NCBI RefSeq assembly: GCF_900232105.1
Contig: NZ_LT934425.1
Span: forward strand, 1,440,001-1,472,000
Length of the DNA stretch: 32,000 bases
Source of the DNA: Candidatus Kuenenia stuttgartensis
GTDB taxonomy: Bacteria > Planctomycetota > Brocadiia > Brocadiales > Brocadiaceae
Direction of reading: 5' to 3'
The position numbers and the translations under genes are program-made. Positions 17,301 to 25,542 of this stretch are shown here, piece by piece (positions within the stretch are counted from its first letter, which is position 1; each line of letters begins with the position of its first letter). Under the pieces are notes generated by a model. That model was not told the origin of the DNA and did no database searches. It was given only the letters and a program-made list of their open reading frames with translations.

Positions 17301-19189
17301 CCGATAAGCGGGCAGATGGTAAATGGCGTATGCAGATACAATGATGAGACGTCATCAACAAACCCTCTCGAACGGATGCCAGTGGTTGATGGTATCTGTT
17401 TTGAGCCGTCGCCTGTTATTTGCAATTCAAATTGCGGTTCATTCTTCAACAACCGGGGCAGTATTTTCATCGCGAAAAAGGCATACCCCTGCATATTAAA
17501 GAGATTGTCACCGATAGCAAAAAGGGGTGAGCCGGAATACGTATTATTCAGGCGCTGCGGCTCATAAGCCATAGGTATATAAAACGGCTTTGTTTGTCCC
17601 GTATTGGCCTTTATGCAATTGCGCTCAAATACAGAAAGTGCAATTGTGCCGTCAAACAGGTCATAATATTTGTATTCAGATTCATCCGCTGATAACTGCC
17701 GTTTGCTAAAGTAGTCTATATTGGCAATTTGTTCATAATTCTGGTTTTTGAAATCCACCAAAAGGGCATCGGCCATTTTCCTGTTGAGAGTCACAAGGTC
17801 ATGAACCTCTATCAGTTTTATACGTGACGAAAAGGCGGTATTCCTTACAAGACCGGCATAATATGAATAGTTGACCCAGACAACATCAGGATCGAATGAA
17901 CGGCATACCTCGCTCAATGCATGGCATAAACCCGGTGGTATAAATATGCCCGATTCGACAAAATTCTTTTTCAGCGCCTTCTTTTCTTCGATGTATTTCT
18001 TATCACTGGCTGTACCGTCATACAGAAACAGTTGTATACGCCGTTTCCTCATTTCGGAAACAAGTTGTTCTGGCCATTCATTGTCAGGATAGATCCTTGT
18101 AGCAAACAGGGTAATATCGTAGTTCATACTGTAGAACGCCTCGACAATGGAAAGCGTACGACGATGCGCTCCGGTTCTGGGCGGAAACGGATTATGAGGC
18201 AAAAAGATCAACACCTTCCCGTTCCGTTTTTCATGACTCTTGAACGGCCATATCCGCAGGTGTCTTCTTCCAAGCCATTTTCTGTCAGCGGTAACAGGAC
18301 GCATCCCCGTTTCCCGCAGGGGAGGGTCCTGAAGTGTAAGGGCGTCTTTCCACTTTTCAACAAACTTAATCCTGTTGATTTCAAGATATTTTTTGAAACC
18401 GGAAGAAGTATCGTCTCCTGCGGTTATTGATTCATGATGTATAACAACCGAATTGGGTGCATACATAACGGTATATCCTTTTTCCCTTGCCGCAAAGCAC
18501 AAATCGGTTTCTTCATAATAGGCAGGACTATACCGATGGTCCATCCCCCCGATATTTTCAAATAGCTCCTTTCGTACAAGCAGGCATGCCCCGGAACAAT
18601 AGTCAACCTCACAGGCATCATTGAAACCCTCTTCGTACGGATTGCCTCCGCGCCCGAAGTTTGAGCCGCTGCCGTCACAGAATATAATGCCCCCGGCTTC
18701 CTGCAAACGTCCATCAGGGTATACAAGTTTTGATCCCACAATCCCGATTTTGCTGTCGGATTCTGCAAGTTTTACCATCGATTCCAGCCAGCCTGGTTGT
18801 GGTTCAGTATCGTTGTTAAGAAACACCAGATAATTGCCTTTGGCAATCTTTGCACCCTGATTGCAGGCACTAGTGAAGCCCATGTTTTCCTGATTAGTAA
18901 TGACCTCCAGCTTATTTATCATGCGCTTTAAAAACTCCGGAGTTTCATCAGAGGATGCATTATCTACTACAATAATCTCATAGATATCTCCAGGAGTATT
19001 TTTGAATAACGCTTCAAGACATTTCTTTGTATATTCGACTTTATTGAAAACCGGGATGATAATGGAGGAGATAACGCCGGATTTATTGCCTTGCGGGGAA
19101 TGACACCTTATTGACTTTTTATCATTCTGATGGAGTGAAACGGATGAAGAATTCATGAGAACCTTTTTGTTTTCATTGTTATTTGTCAT
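14354..19189 (-). CDS. Multi-domain glycosyltransferase: GT2 - GT4-like - GT9/heptosyltransferase-like - GT4 - TPR
   Basis: 1611 aa. GT2: IIIPVFNKVEYTKKCLEALFKNTPGDIYEIIVVDNASSDET. First GT4-like: GGTGQQIKIVESMAYGVPAIA. GT9-like: LIRCAPAIGDALYLTAIVMEIKKRYP and FITIDSAFFHIGH. Second GT4: FVGGTIYRKGIDLLLQAY, EGFGLPILEAMACGIPAIVTNGG. C-terminal TPRs (AYNNLGLVYASIDKPDEAISILKKAIELN). Confidence 0.9.
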   Translation of the reverse strand: MTNNNENKKVLMNSSSVSLHQNDKKSIRCHSPQGNKSGVISSIIIPVFNKVEYTKKCLEALFKNTPGDIYEIIVVDNASSDETPEFLKRMINKLEVITNQENMGFTSACNQGAKIAKGNYLVFLNNDTEPQPGWLESMVKLAESDSKIGIVGSKLVYPDGRLQEAGGIIFCDGSGSNFGRGGNPYEEGFNDACEVDYCSGACLLVRKELFENIGGMDHRYSPAYYEETDLCFAAREKGYTVMYAPNSVVIHHESITAGDDTSSGFKKYLEINRIKFVEKWKDALTLQDPPLRETGMRPVTADRKWLGRRHLRIWPFKSHEKRNGKVLIFLPHNPFPPRTGAHRRTLSIVEAFYSMNYDITLFATRIYPDNEWPEQLVSEMRKRRIQLFLYDGTASDKKYIEEKKALKKNFVESGIFIPPGLCHALSEVCRSFDPDVVWVNYSYYAGLVRNTAFSSRIKLIEVHDLVTLNRKMADALLVDFKNQNYEQIANIDYFSKRQLSADESEYKYYDLFDGTIALSVFERNCIKANTGQTKPFYIPMAYEPQRLNNTYSGSPLFAIGDNLFNMQGYAFFAMKILPRLLKNEPQFELQITGDGSKQIPSTTGIRSRGFVDDVSSLYLHTPFTICPLIGGTGQQIKIVESMAYGVPAIALANIAASSPIEHGVNGFIAANEDEFENYVMMLFRDRDLCRRMGEAARKKIEAAFSKTMLTGTIQNIITYLKAEKCMKRLNQFKSSFNEQFWNRNYERASTLLIRCAPAIGDALYLTAIVMEIKKRYPHIRIYLSGNHVVEAVFRGHQAVSAFVPDIVNKISVPKTDIIIDYNNVIANLPEYYNGIGLMDIMANIAGVRLGQRGIIYTITPEEREWAQKEVRTFSPSGGMLIGLHFTTDKDIKRSYPHGEKVISLLSRQFDGARFILFGKDPLAKENPLVYDCTSRQISLRNQIAISSHCNAFITIDSAFFHIGHNFCCKPTLLICGLTSPELLGNPATECFTPIRNEALPCLSCYWRTKCNIECMNNLLPEVIVDAFKKMMNDSPKKLKWQPSLETVEAGISPNEDYEQTIIRNLVSKKKPIRLVLDDPHRVLPEYVEEWNGVVIKRDSGKAAAGKPGIVWEGSQFVTHSLALINRELCLQLIRDGYEVSLLPYEPDQFGTEADPRFKALAECINKPLTGKIDIHVRHHWPPNLTPPQEGHWVIIQPWEFGSLPEEWVRVFSAQVDEMWVPSKYVRQVYIESGVPAERVVVIPNGINPERFHPDAKPYQLTTKKKFRFLFVGGTIYRKGIDLLLQAYLETFKDSDDVCLIIKDMGGNSFYAGQTFREEIERIRQAKGVPEVEYIEKILSEDEIVGLYTACNAFVHPYRGEGFGLPILEAMACGIPAIVTNGGACLDFCNENNSLLVQANKKISKEKRVGNRPTVDNLWFYEVDINDLKAKMRYAYEHPGEIRTLGKEISPDIRNNWTWEMSANKIKERIEYLRKVPVLRYTKDNLCRQTSSISGEMELLNKADGLFQKGAYQESIDAYKRAIEYHPVFFDAYNNLGLVYASIDKPDEAISILKKAIELNGKEASVFNNLGVLYYKKKMHGEARRCFEKALAIDAGYKEARQNLEKVAKLLS

Positions 19190-19199
19190 TAAATTTGCT

Positions 19200-19455
19200 G
19201 TAACACTTTAGTTTTTTGAAAAATTCCAGGGAAAAATGATAACCCCAAAGGGGTAATATGATTATAGAAAACACAGTAAAACCACGCCTAATCCCGAAGG
19301 GATGACATAATCGCCACGGTTAGGTGTTTTATGAAAGGTAACACAGATAAAATTATATCACCCCTTCGGGGTTAATTACGGGTTTTTCGCATAATTTCTA
19401 TAATCATTTCATCCCTTCGGGATTATTGGGATTTTTCAAAGAACTAAAATGTTAC
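19200..19455. mobile_element. MITE-like element A
   Basis: Ends GTAACACTTTAGTTTTTTGAAAAAT (19200-19224) and ATTTTTCAAAGAACTAAAATGTTAC (19431-19455), 23/25 complementary. Interior has repeated ATCCCGAAGGGAT / CCCCTTCGGGG-type hairpins. No clear target duplication. Confidence 0.7.
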
Positions 19456-19465
19456 CTTTTTCTTG

Positions 19466-20461
19466 TTAGAGCAGTTTTTCAATTTCTTCCAAATTCTTCG
19501 ATATTTTCACCGCTTCCTTTATTGACTCCAGCTTCTCTATCGCTGCTATTTTCCCGATACGCTTCAGAAGCCTTAGACCTTCAACTCCGTACTTTAGTTC
19601 CAAACCTATCTCTATCGCCTCTATCAGACCCTCCATCCTCCCCTTCCTCTCACCTTCCGCTCTGCCTTCCATCCTACCGGCTATTTTGCCCTTTTCTATT
19701 AATCTGGCTGCTATTGTCATGCTTAATCTACCTCCTTCTTCCGATATCTCTTTTAGGGTATCTATTACCCTTTCTTCCTCTATATCCGACGCATAGTACA
19801 AATACCTGATCACACTTTCCAGAAACTTTAATCCTTCACCCTCTTCAAAATACTGCTTCCCTATTTCAAAGAATGCCTTTAGCTTGTCTCCCAGAATTTT
19901 GTCATTATATATGTTCCTCATTAATAACATGGTTATTTGAAGGGATACCCTTCTAAATACCTTGTCCTTTATTTCCTCGTTACTGTAGAAACTCAGATCA
20001 GTCAGCAGATATTCAAATTCCGGTATAAATCTAAAAAATACCTCGTCTATCCCTTCAAAATAGTCTCTGAATCGCCTGACTTTCCACGTCTCTTTGCCAT
20101 GATACAATATTACCGGAATTACCGGTATGAGCCTTTGCATCTGCTTGCTGTTTGCTGCCCATATCTTTAAAAGGTATTTCATCAACTGAAGATATGGACA
20201 TACTGCGGCATAACTCTTATGCTCAAATAAAAGGGTTATCCGGAGTTCTTTGTCTTTACAGAAACAGGTGTATACAATGTCTGAAAAATGTTCTTTGAGT
20301 TCCTCGTCGATATATGAGTTATTATCCTGTGTTAAAGTGGCTAAATCCAGCTTTTTTAAAATTTCCGGAGGAAACGTCCCGCTAAGAAAATCGATTGCAT
20401 TCTCCCGTATGGAAAATGTCTCTTTGAAGAATTTGTCGTGTGGGTTGAAAACCTACATAAA
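19466..20461 (-). pseudogene. Rpn/YhgA-type PD-(D/E)XK nuclease family (transposase-associated) with stop codon directly after ATG
   Basis: Reading frame from ATG at 20461 is ATG-TAG-GTT-TTC..., then VFNPHDKFFKETFSIRENAIDFLSGTFPPEILKKLDLATLTQDNNSYIDEELKEHFSDIVYTCFCKDKELRITLLFEHKSYAAVCPYLQLMKYLLKIW..., open to 19466. SD-like AAGGGGGG precedes the ATG. The track ORF (19466-20185) covers only the C-terminal 239 aa. Confidence 0.75.
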
Positions 20462-20765
20462 AGTAACCCCCCTTAGTTTTTTCTGTAAAAGCCATTTTGC
20501 CACATGGATATCATCTCCTTTTCTATGCTTGCCTGTCTTGCCATTGTTTCACATTACACATATCATGTAAATATTGTCAATAGTCCAGATGTGACCCCAT
20601 TCTACCATGAGAGTAAAATACCACAAGCAGGATGCTTGTGGTACAATGTACAATTAGTTAACAAAAAATCGGGAATGCCCCTCCCCATTCTTAAGAAATG
20701 TTGCGTACCCAATAGGGAAAGGAAAAGCCTGATGTACCGACTTTGATCATGTGGAAAACTTTTAT

Positions 20766-21131
20766 TTATTTCAAAGTAACTGATGCTACCGTAATGCGAT
20801 TCTTCCCATGTTCATCCTGAATGTGTACGTTTATTATTTGTTTTTTGATATCCGGGTATAATTCAAGTTTTCTTTTTATCAATAAACGAAGGTCTTCTTC
20901 CACTGCTTTCAACATATCTTTTCCATTGGCAGGATTGAGCCTTTTCCATTCCTTCAGATATTTCTCTATTGCCTCTTCTCGTTTCTGTTCATTTAAGCAG
21001 GCTATGTTCCATGCGGTAGCAGCGCTATTTAAGAGTTGTTGCTTATGCTCAATATCTTCACCCAGCGAGAGGTATTCCCTTGCAAAATGCTCTACCATTT
21101 CAGAAATCTTTTCTTTTTTTCCTTCCTTCAA
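20766..21131 (-). CDS. Hypothetical protein (121 aa)
   Basis: Charged, helical-looking ORF MKEGKKEKISEMVEHFAREYLSLGEDIEHKQQLLNSAATAWNIACL...; family not recognised. Confidence 0.6.
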   Translation of the reverse strand: MKEGKKEKISEMVEHFAREYLSLGEDIEHKQQLLNSAATAWNIACLNEQKREEAIEKYLKEWKRLNPANGKDMLKAVEEDLRLLIKRKLELYPDIKKQIINVHIQDEHGKNRITVASVTLK

Positions 21132-21209
21132 TTTTTCCCCCTCTGTTTATGACGAACTGTTATCTGTTCCCCTTGTTTTTCCCTTGTTCTCTATAAGCCT
21201 TCAAAAATT

Positions 21210-21338
21210 GTAACAATTTAGCTTTTTGAAAATATGTTGCAGTTTAGTTTTGGGTGGCACGGACAAACGGAGTTTGTCCGTGCCACCCATATTGAGCTAA
21301 AATATGTGTATCAATTTTCAAAAAACTAAAGTGTTACC
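21210..21338. mobile_element. MITE-like element B with 8-bp target duplication CAAAAATT
   Basis: Ends GTAACAATTTAGCTTTTTGAAAAT... and ...ATTTTCAAAAAACTAAAGTGTTAC; direct repeat CAAAAATT at 21202-21209 and 21339-21346; central 17-bp-stem hairpin GGGTGGCACGGACAAAC-GGA-GTTTGTCCGTGCCACCC at 21252-21288. Confidence 0.8.
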
Positions 21339-21744
21339 AAAAATTCATCCTGTCAGCATACTCATTTACCATCCCTGCATTAAATACTTCTTCTTTTCAT
21401 AGGTATCAAGCACTAAAGCACAATCTTCCCAATGAATGGGCTTAATGGTTGTTCTTAGCCATTCAGCGCTTGCAACATTCAAAAAATGGTTTTACAGATT
21501 TGACGCTGAAGAATGTGGCAGACAAATTGAGGAAGACATCCTTGCCTGGAAACTGGACAAATTAGCCGAAAAATCTATTGGAGATCAACATGGGGCAGGA
21601 GTAAAGAAACAAAATGTTTTTAATTGTATATATGGAAATAATAAATACTATTATCTTGCCGTAAACAAAATGAATTGCTGATTATTATTCTTTTGGATTC
21701 AAATAGTTACGAATATTGTGGCTGTTATCAAACGTCTCTTATTT

Positions 21745-23629
21745 AGTGTCTGAACGAAAACTATCTTTTTTATGCAAGATTCTTTCTCTGAGCAAATTTA
21801 AATTTTTTTAAATTGCCCCTTTTTCAACTTTTTCTTCTACGCTTTAATCTATGATACGGTTGTTTTATTCATTTCCCTCGTTTTTACCATCTTTTCATGT
21901 TCTCCGGACATACTATCCCTCATGGATTTTTATTCGAGAGTGTTTTTACGCTGCCTTACGTACTGTTTCTTTTTCTTCCCGGACTTTCTTCTGCAATATA
22001 CTCCCCATCGTGTGCAAATTTGCCGCCAGCACTCCTAATGCGCAGTATCTTTTAAATCCTTCTATCCCTTTGTCTAAGCATCTGTCCAGCCCATGATGTT
22101 CTAACCGGTTAATATCTGACTCCACCGCTGAGTGCTTGTGCCTGAGTTTTTTAAATGTACTCTCCGATTCTTCTTCTGTCTCCGCCTTATTCCTTTTTCC
22201 TTTCTTCGGTATGATCACTTTCGGTATATAAAGACTTATCAGTTCCTTGTATTCCTTCTTGTAAAAACCCTTGTCTGCACTTATACTTTCTATCTCTTCT
22301 TCACCAAACAAATTTAATAGCTTGTCTGCTAACGGCAGAATTAACGCCACATCTGCTTCTTTTTCCACTACTTGGTGATATCCGATAAACCCCCATTGGT
22401 CACTTGCTATCACCAGATTGTGGCCTAATTCCACCCTCTTATTCGCCTTCCCTTTACTCAACCATTCTGTGTGTGGTTCAAACAGTGAATATACCTTTTC
22501 CCCTACCGGTATTTGCTCTTCCTTGATAATTCTCCTCTCTACCAAATCTCTGTGCTTCTCCAGCATCTGATAAAAATATTCCATCGACTCCAATGCCTCT
22601 TTCTGCATTTCTTCCGCACCCGTTGTTAATATTTTTTCGTACACCGCTATTATGCTCGCACCTATCTTCTCACTTAATCTCTTTGCTAATCCAAGATACT
22701 CTTTTACTTGCTTCTTAACCGCCTCCTCTTTCTTGTTTCCACCACCACTTGCCGCTTTCGAACTACTCCTCATCAGACTCTTTAGCTCTTTCCTCCAATT
22801 CTTTACCTTTCTCCATCCTTTCCCGTTCAATACCCCTCCCTCTATAAATGCCTCTATCCCATCAAGGCACTTCCTACCCGCATCCCACAGCAAATTCATG
22901 TCCGTAGGAAAATGTACGTTTGTCTCCACCACATACGTATCCGTCTTTATGCGGAGCTTCTCCTCCCGTCCGTTCTTTGCCAGCCTCTGGCCTGCCTTTA
23001 CCACCACATCATTAATCTTCCCCAACGTCTCCTCATCGAGCAATCTTACGTTATCCTTGATGCTTTGCAGCGAATACTTCTTACCCCTCCCAAATACGGT
23101 ATCTACTCCCATTATCTGACGAATCAGACTATGGTGATTCACCATATCTTCCAACCTGTCATAATCCGCATCTAATCCCAATCTCACCACTCCTATTACC
23201 ATTATCTGCCATAACTCCATACCATTACGCCCTGTCTCTTTCTTCCCACCCTTTACCTTTGCTTCCAATACCCTGAATACTTCCTCTCGTAATTCCTCTG
23301 TAACAAATATGTATTGTAATGCCCTCAAAATCGGCGCTAACTCATCCCTGCTCTTTTCGGGAATTTCTACCTCTGATATTGGTGTGCTTCCAAGTCTCCT
23401 TTGCGGCTCGAATCTTTTTCTCATGGCGTGGCAGTTCTCCTTTTGATGACTCTGTTTTTCTGATGTTTTGGGCGAATGTTTGTCTCTTTTCACCCCTTGG
23501 TACCCTCGCTTCCCTTATTCTACGCCCTAAGTTTAACATCTACTCACTATACTTTCAACCCTTCATGCAGATACTTTCAACCTCCTTTACCACGTATTTC
23601 AAGGCTTACAGCGTTTTCGTTCAGACACT
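21745..23629 (-). mobile_element. Insertion sequence, ISNCY-like, ~1.9 kb
   Basis: Perfect 17-bp terminal inverted repeats AGTGTCTGAACGAAAAC (21745) / GTTTTCGTTCAGACACT (23629); possible 4-bp duplication ATTT; contains one transposase ORF. Confidence 0.85.
21946..23493 (-). CDS. DDE transposase of the ISNCY-like element
   Basis: 515 aa: LRIKTDTYVVETNVHFPTDMNLLWDAGRK (acidic motif), HNLVIASDQWGFIGYHQVVEKEADVA, SISADKGFY, and HSAVESDINRLEHHGLDRCLDKGIEGFKRYCALGVLAANLH. Confidence 0.85.
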   Translation of the reverse strand: MKRDKHSPKTSEKQSHQKENCHAMRKRFEPQRRLGSTPISEVEIPEKSRDELAPILRALQYIFVTEELREEVFRVLEAKVKGGKKETGRNGMELWQIMVIGVVRLGLDADYDRLEDMVNHHSLIRQIMGVDTVFGRGKKYSLQSIKDNVRLLDEETLGKINDVVVKAGQRLAKNGREEKLRIKTDTYVVETNVHFPTDMNLLWDAGRKCLDGIEAFIEGGVLNGKGWRKVKNWRKELKSLMRSSSKAASGGGNKKEEAVKKQVKEYLGLAKRLSEKIGASIIAVYEKILTTGAEEMQKEALESMEYFYQMLEKHRDLVERRIIKEEQIPVGEKVYSLFEPHTEWLSKGKANKRVELGHNLVIASDQWGFIGYHQVVEKEADVALILPLADKLLNLFGEEEIESISADKGFYKKEYKELISLYIPKVIIPKKGKRNKAETEEESESTFKKLRHKHSAVESDINRLEHHGLDRCLDKGIEGFKRYCALGVLAANLHTMGSILQKKVREEKETVRKAA

Positions 23630-23668
23630 ATTTAGTATTTTTTAATATCCGTGATAATCCCTGTTTAA

Positions 23669-23746
23669 TGGTCGGGGCGACTGGATTTGAACCAGCGACC
23701 TCGACGTCCCGAACGTCGCGCTCTAGCCAAGCTGAGCCACGCCCCG
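23669..23746 (-). tRNA. tRNA-Pro(CGG), CCA encoded
   Basis: CGGGGCGTGGCTCAGCTTGGCTAGAGCGCGACGTTCGGGACGTCGAGGTCGCTGGTTCAAATCCAGTCGCCCCGACCA; all four arms pair; anticodon loop TTCGGGA gives CGG. Confidence 0.92.
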
Positions 23747-23762
23747 CACCATTTATATATAA

Positions 23763-25478
23763 CCTAAATCCTGCAAACGATTTTCGCAATGCGAAAATCA
23801 GTATTTTCCACTACCAAGATTGGCAAAAAGCGATAACAGATATCCGTTTTTTAGCAATTGTGGTAGCGCTATTGTACTACTTTAAACAAAAAGACATGGG
23901 AAATTGTCGGAAACGTGCTCTCTGATGCAATGAAAATCAAGATAGGGATGTACTGTCTCCATCTGCGGTATACTTACCACTCTCAAAAGACTAAAAAAAC
24001 GAAATACAACGTCGGTTTTCTACTGAAAAACTACATCCAGTGACATGCGTTCCCACTTTTCCCATTCCTCCTGATGGAGAAATTTCTCCGGCAATTTTAA
24101 TGTCATCTGCCGGCTTCTCTCCACCAGTTTCCCTGCCACACGGATTAACCACAGTCTCATCGTCTTTACTTCCCACTGTTGTATCACTCCACCACTGAGC
24201 AATCCCATCCACTTCAAAAGATTATACGCTAACACCGCACACTGAAATAGCGCAGCATTGGCCAAAAATTCACCCGTACGTATGTGCCCCGCATTCATCT
24301 GTCCTTTACTCTCTTCTATCAAAGTCTCGCAGGTAGCCCTCTTTCCATAACAACGATGCGCTTCCATCGGACTTAACCGCTCCGTTGTAACGTAACAAAA
24401 ATACTCATACACGGACACTTCTACTAATTTCTTTTCTCTTTTGACCAATTGCCGCACTGCCACAAAACGTCTCGCACGATCCCACCCTGCACATCGATAC
24501 CAAAATTCAGCCTGTTCCCATCCTGGCTCCCCTTTCACCTCATTCCATTTCTGCCCTTCAAGCAATCCTTCCAGATTCTTCAGCTTTACCTTAATCAGAT
24601 ATCCCGCCAATATTGACTCAAGGTATTCAAGTAATTCTCCGGTAAAAAAACCGCTGTCTCCCCGAAATACCACCCTTACCCCCTTATTCATGTACGCCAT
24701 ACATTCCTTCATGAACTCTACTACTCCGTTACTCGTGTAGGCGCTTCCACAGCGGAACCAACTATGTAATACCTCCTTTGTTTCTGCAATAAATGCCATT
24801 AAGGGATGATACGCCTTCTGCCCCTTCTTGTGCGGATTATATCCTACCTCTGCACCCTCCTGTTTCCCATATACACCATCTACGGTAGAATCAACATCTA
24901 TCCATACTTCGCAAAGAGCACTCCTGAGTTTATGGCCTGATCTCACCGCACGCTTCCATATCTTTCCCCTAAACCGGTGGATCACCCCCGTCAGTTCCAC
25001 TATATCTCCCTGACTCGCCAGCTTCATAATACGTCCTATCGTAGTATCTACAGGTACCTCTTTCCACCCGGACATCTTCTTCAATACCTCATCTGTACAC
25101 ACCTTCATCACCTCTACCATCGATGTCGCCCCTGCTATCAACCCTATCACTACCATTTGTACCGCATCGATAAACTGATACCGGGCATTTGCTCCACGAT
25201 CCTTATGGACCGCTTCATGGACTCTCTCCCGGAACATCAGCTTACCCATAAAATTCAATACCGGTAAAAGCCCTGCATGTACCGTTAAGCCTTTCCCGCT
25301 CATCTCTGCCTTGATTTTCGGTTGTCTTTTGCTGTATTTTTTTGCTATATTCTTCATCGAAATGGTGAATCTCCTTTCAGGTGTTTTTTGTTATCAATAT
25401 ACCGCCGAATACCTTGGAAATCCTACCATTTCAATCCTATTCCTGCAACAAGGCTTTGCCTTGTTTGCAGGATTTAGG
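23763..25478 (-). mobile_element. IS1380-family insertion sequence, ~1.7 kb
   Basis: Perfect 16-bp terminal inverted repeats CCTAAATCCTGCAAAC (23763-23778) / GTTTGCAGGATTTAGG (25463-25478), flanked by TATAA direct repeats. Confidence 0.9.
24020..25357 (-). CDS. IS1380-family transposase
   Basis: 445 aa: WIDVDSTVDGVYGKQEGAEVGYNPHKKGQKAYHPLMAFIAETKEVLHSWFRCGSAYTSNG, FRGDSGFFTGELLEYLE, CETLIEESKGQMNAGHIRTGEFLANAALFQ. Confidence 0.93.
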   Translation of the reverse strand: MKNIAKKYSKRQPKIKAEMSGKGLTVHAGLLPVLNFMGKLMFRERVHEAVHKDRGANARYQFIDAVQMVVIGLIAGATSMVEVMKVCTDEVLKKMSGWKEVPVDTTIGRIMKLASQGDIVELTGVIHRFRGKIWKRAVRSGHKLRSALCEVWIDVDSTVDGVYGKQEGAEVGYNPHKKGQKAYHPLMAFIAETKEVLHSWFRCGSAYTSNGVVEFMKECMAYMNKGVRVVFRGDSGFFTGELLEYLESILAGYLIKVKLKNLEGLLEGQKWNEVKGEPGWEQAEFWYRCAGWDRARRFVAVRQLVKREKKLVEVSVYEYFCYVTTERLSPMEAHRCYGKRATCETLIEESKGQMNAGHIRTGEFLANAALFQCAVLAYNLLKWMGLLSGGVIQQWEVKTMRLWLIRVAGKLVERSRQMTLKLPEKFLHQEEWEKWERMSLDVVFQ

Positions 25479-25542
25479 TATAACATTGCGATTATTGGAA
25501 TTTTTTCAAAAAACTACTCCAGACATGAGTTTGTAAGAAGTT

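Noticed and set aside
19200-19455. CRISPR-like array because of repeated CCCTTCGGGAT motifs
   Set aside because: No regular repeat-spacer spacing, motifs occur in both orientations, and no cas genes are present.
19426-19809. Plus-strand 127-aa ORF near the Rpn-like gene
   Set aside because: Leu/Ser/Pro-rich antisense of the conserved Rpn-like reading frame.
23476-23925. 149-aa plus-strand ORF containing MVGATGFEPATSTSRTSRSSQAEPRP
   Set aside because: This is a well-known artefact of translating antisense through a tRNA gene; it overlaps tRNA-Pro and both IS ends.
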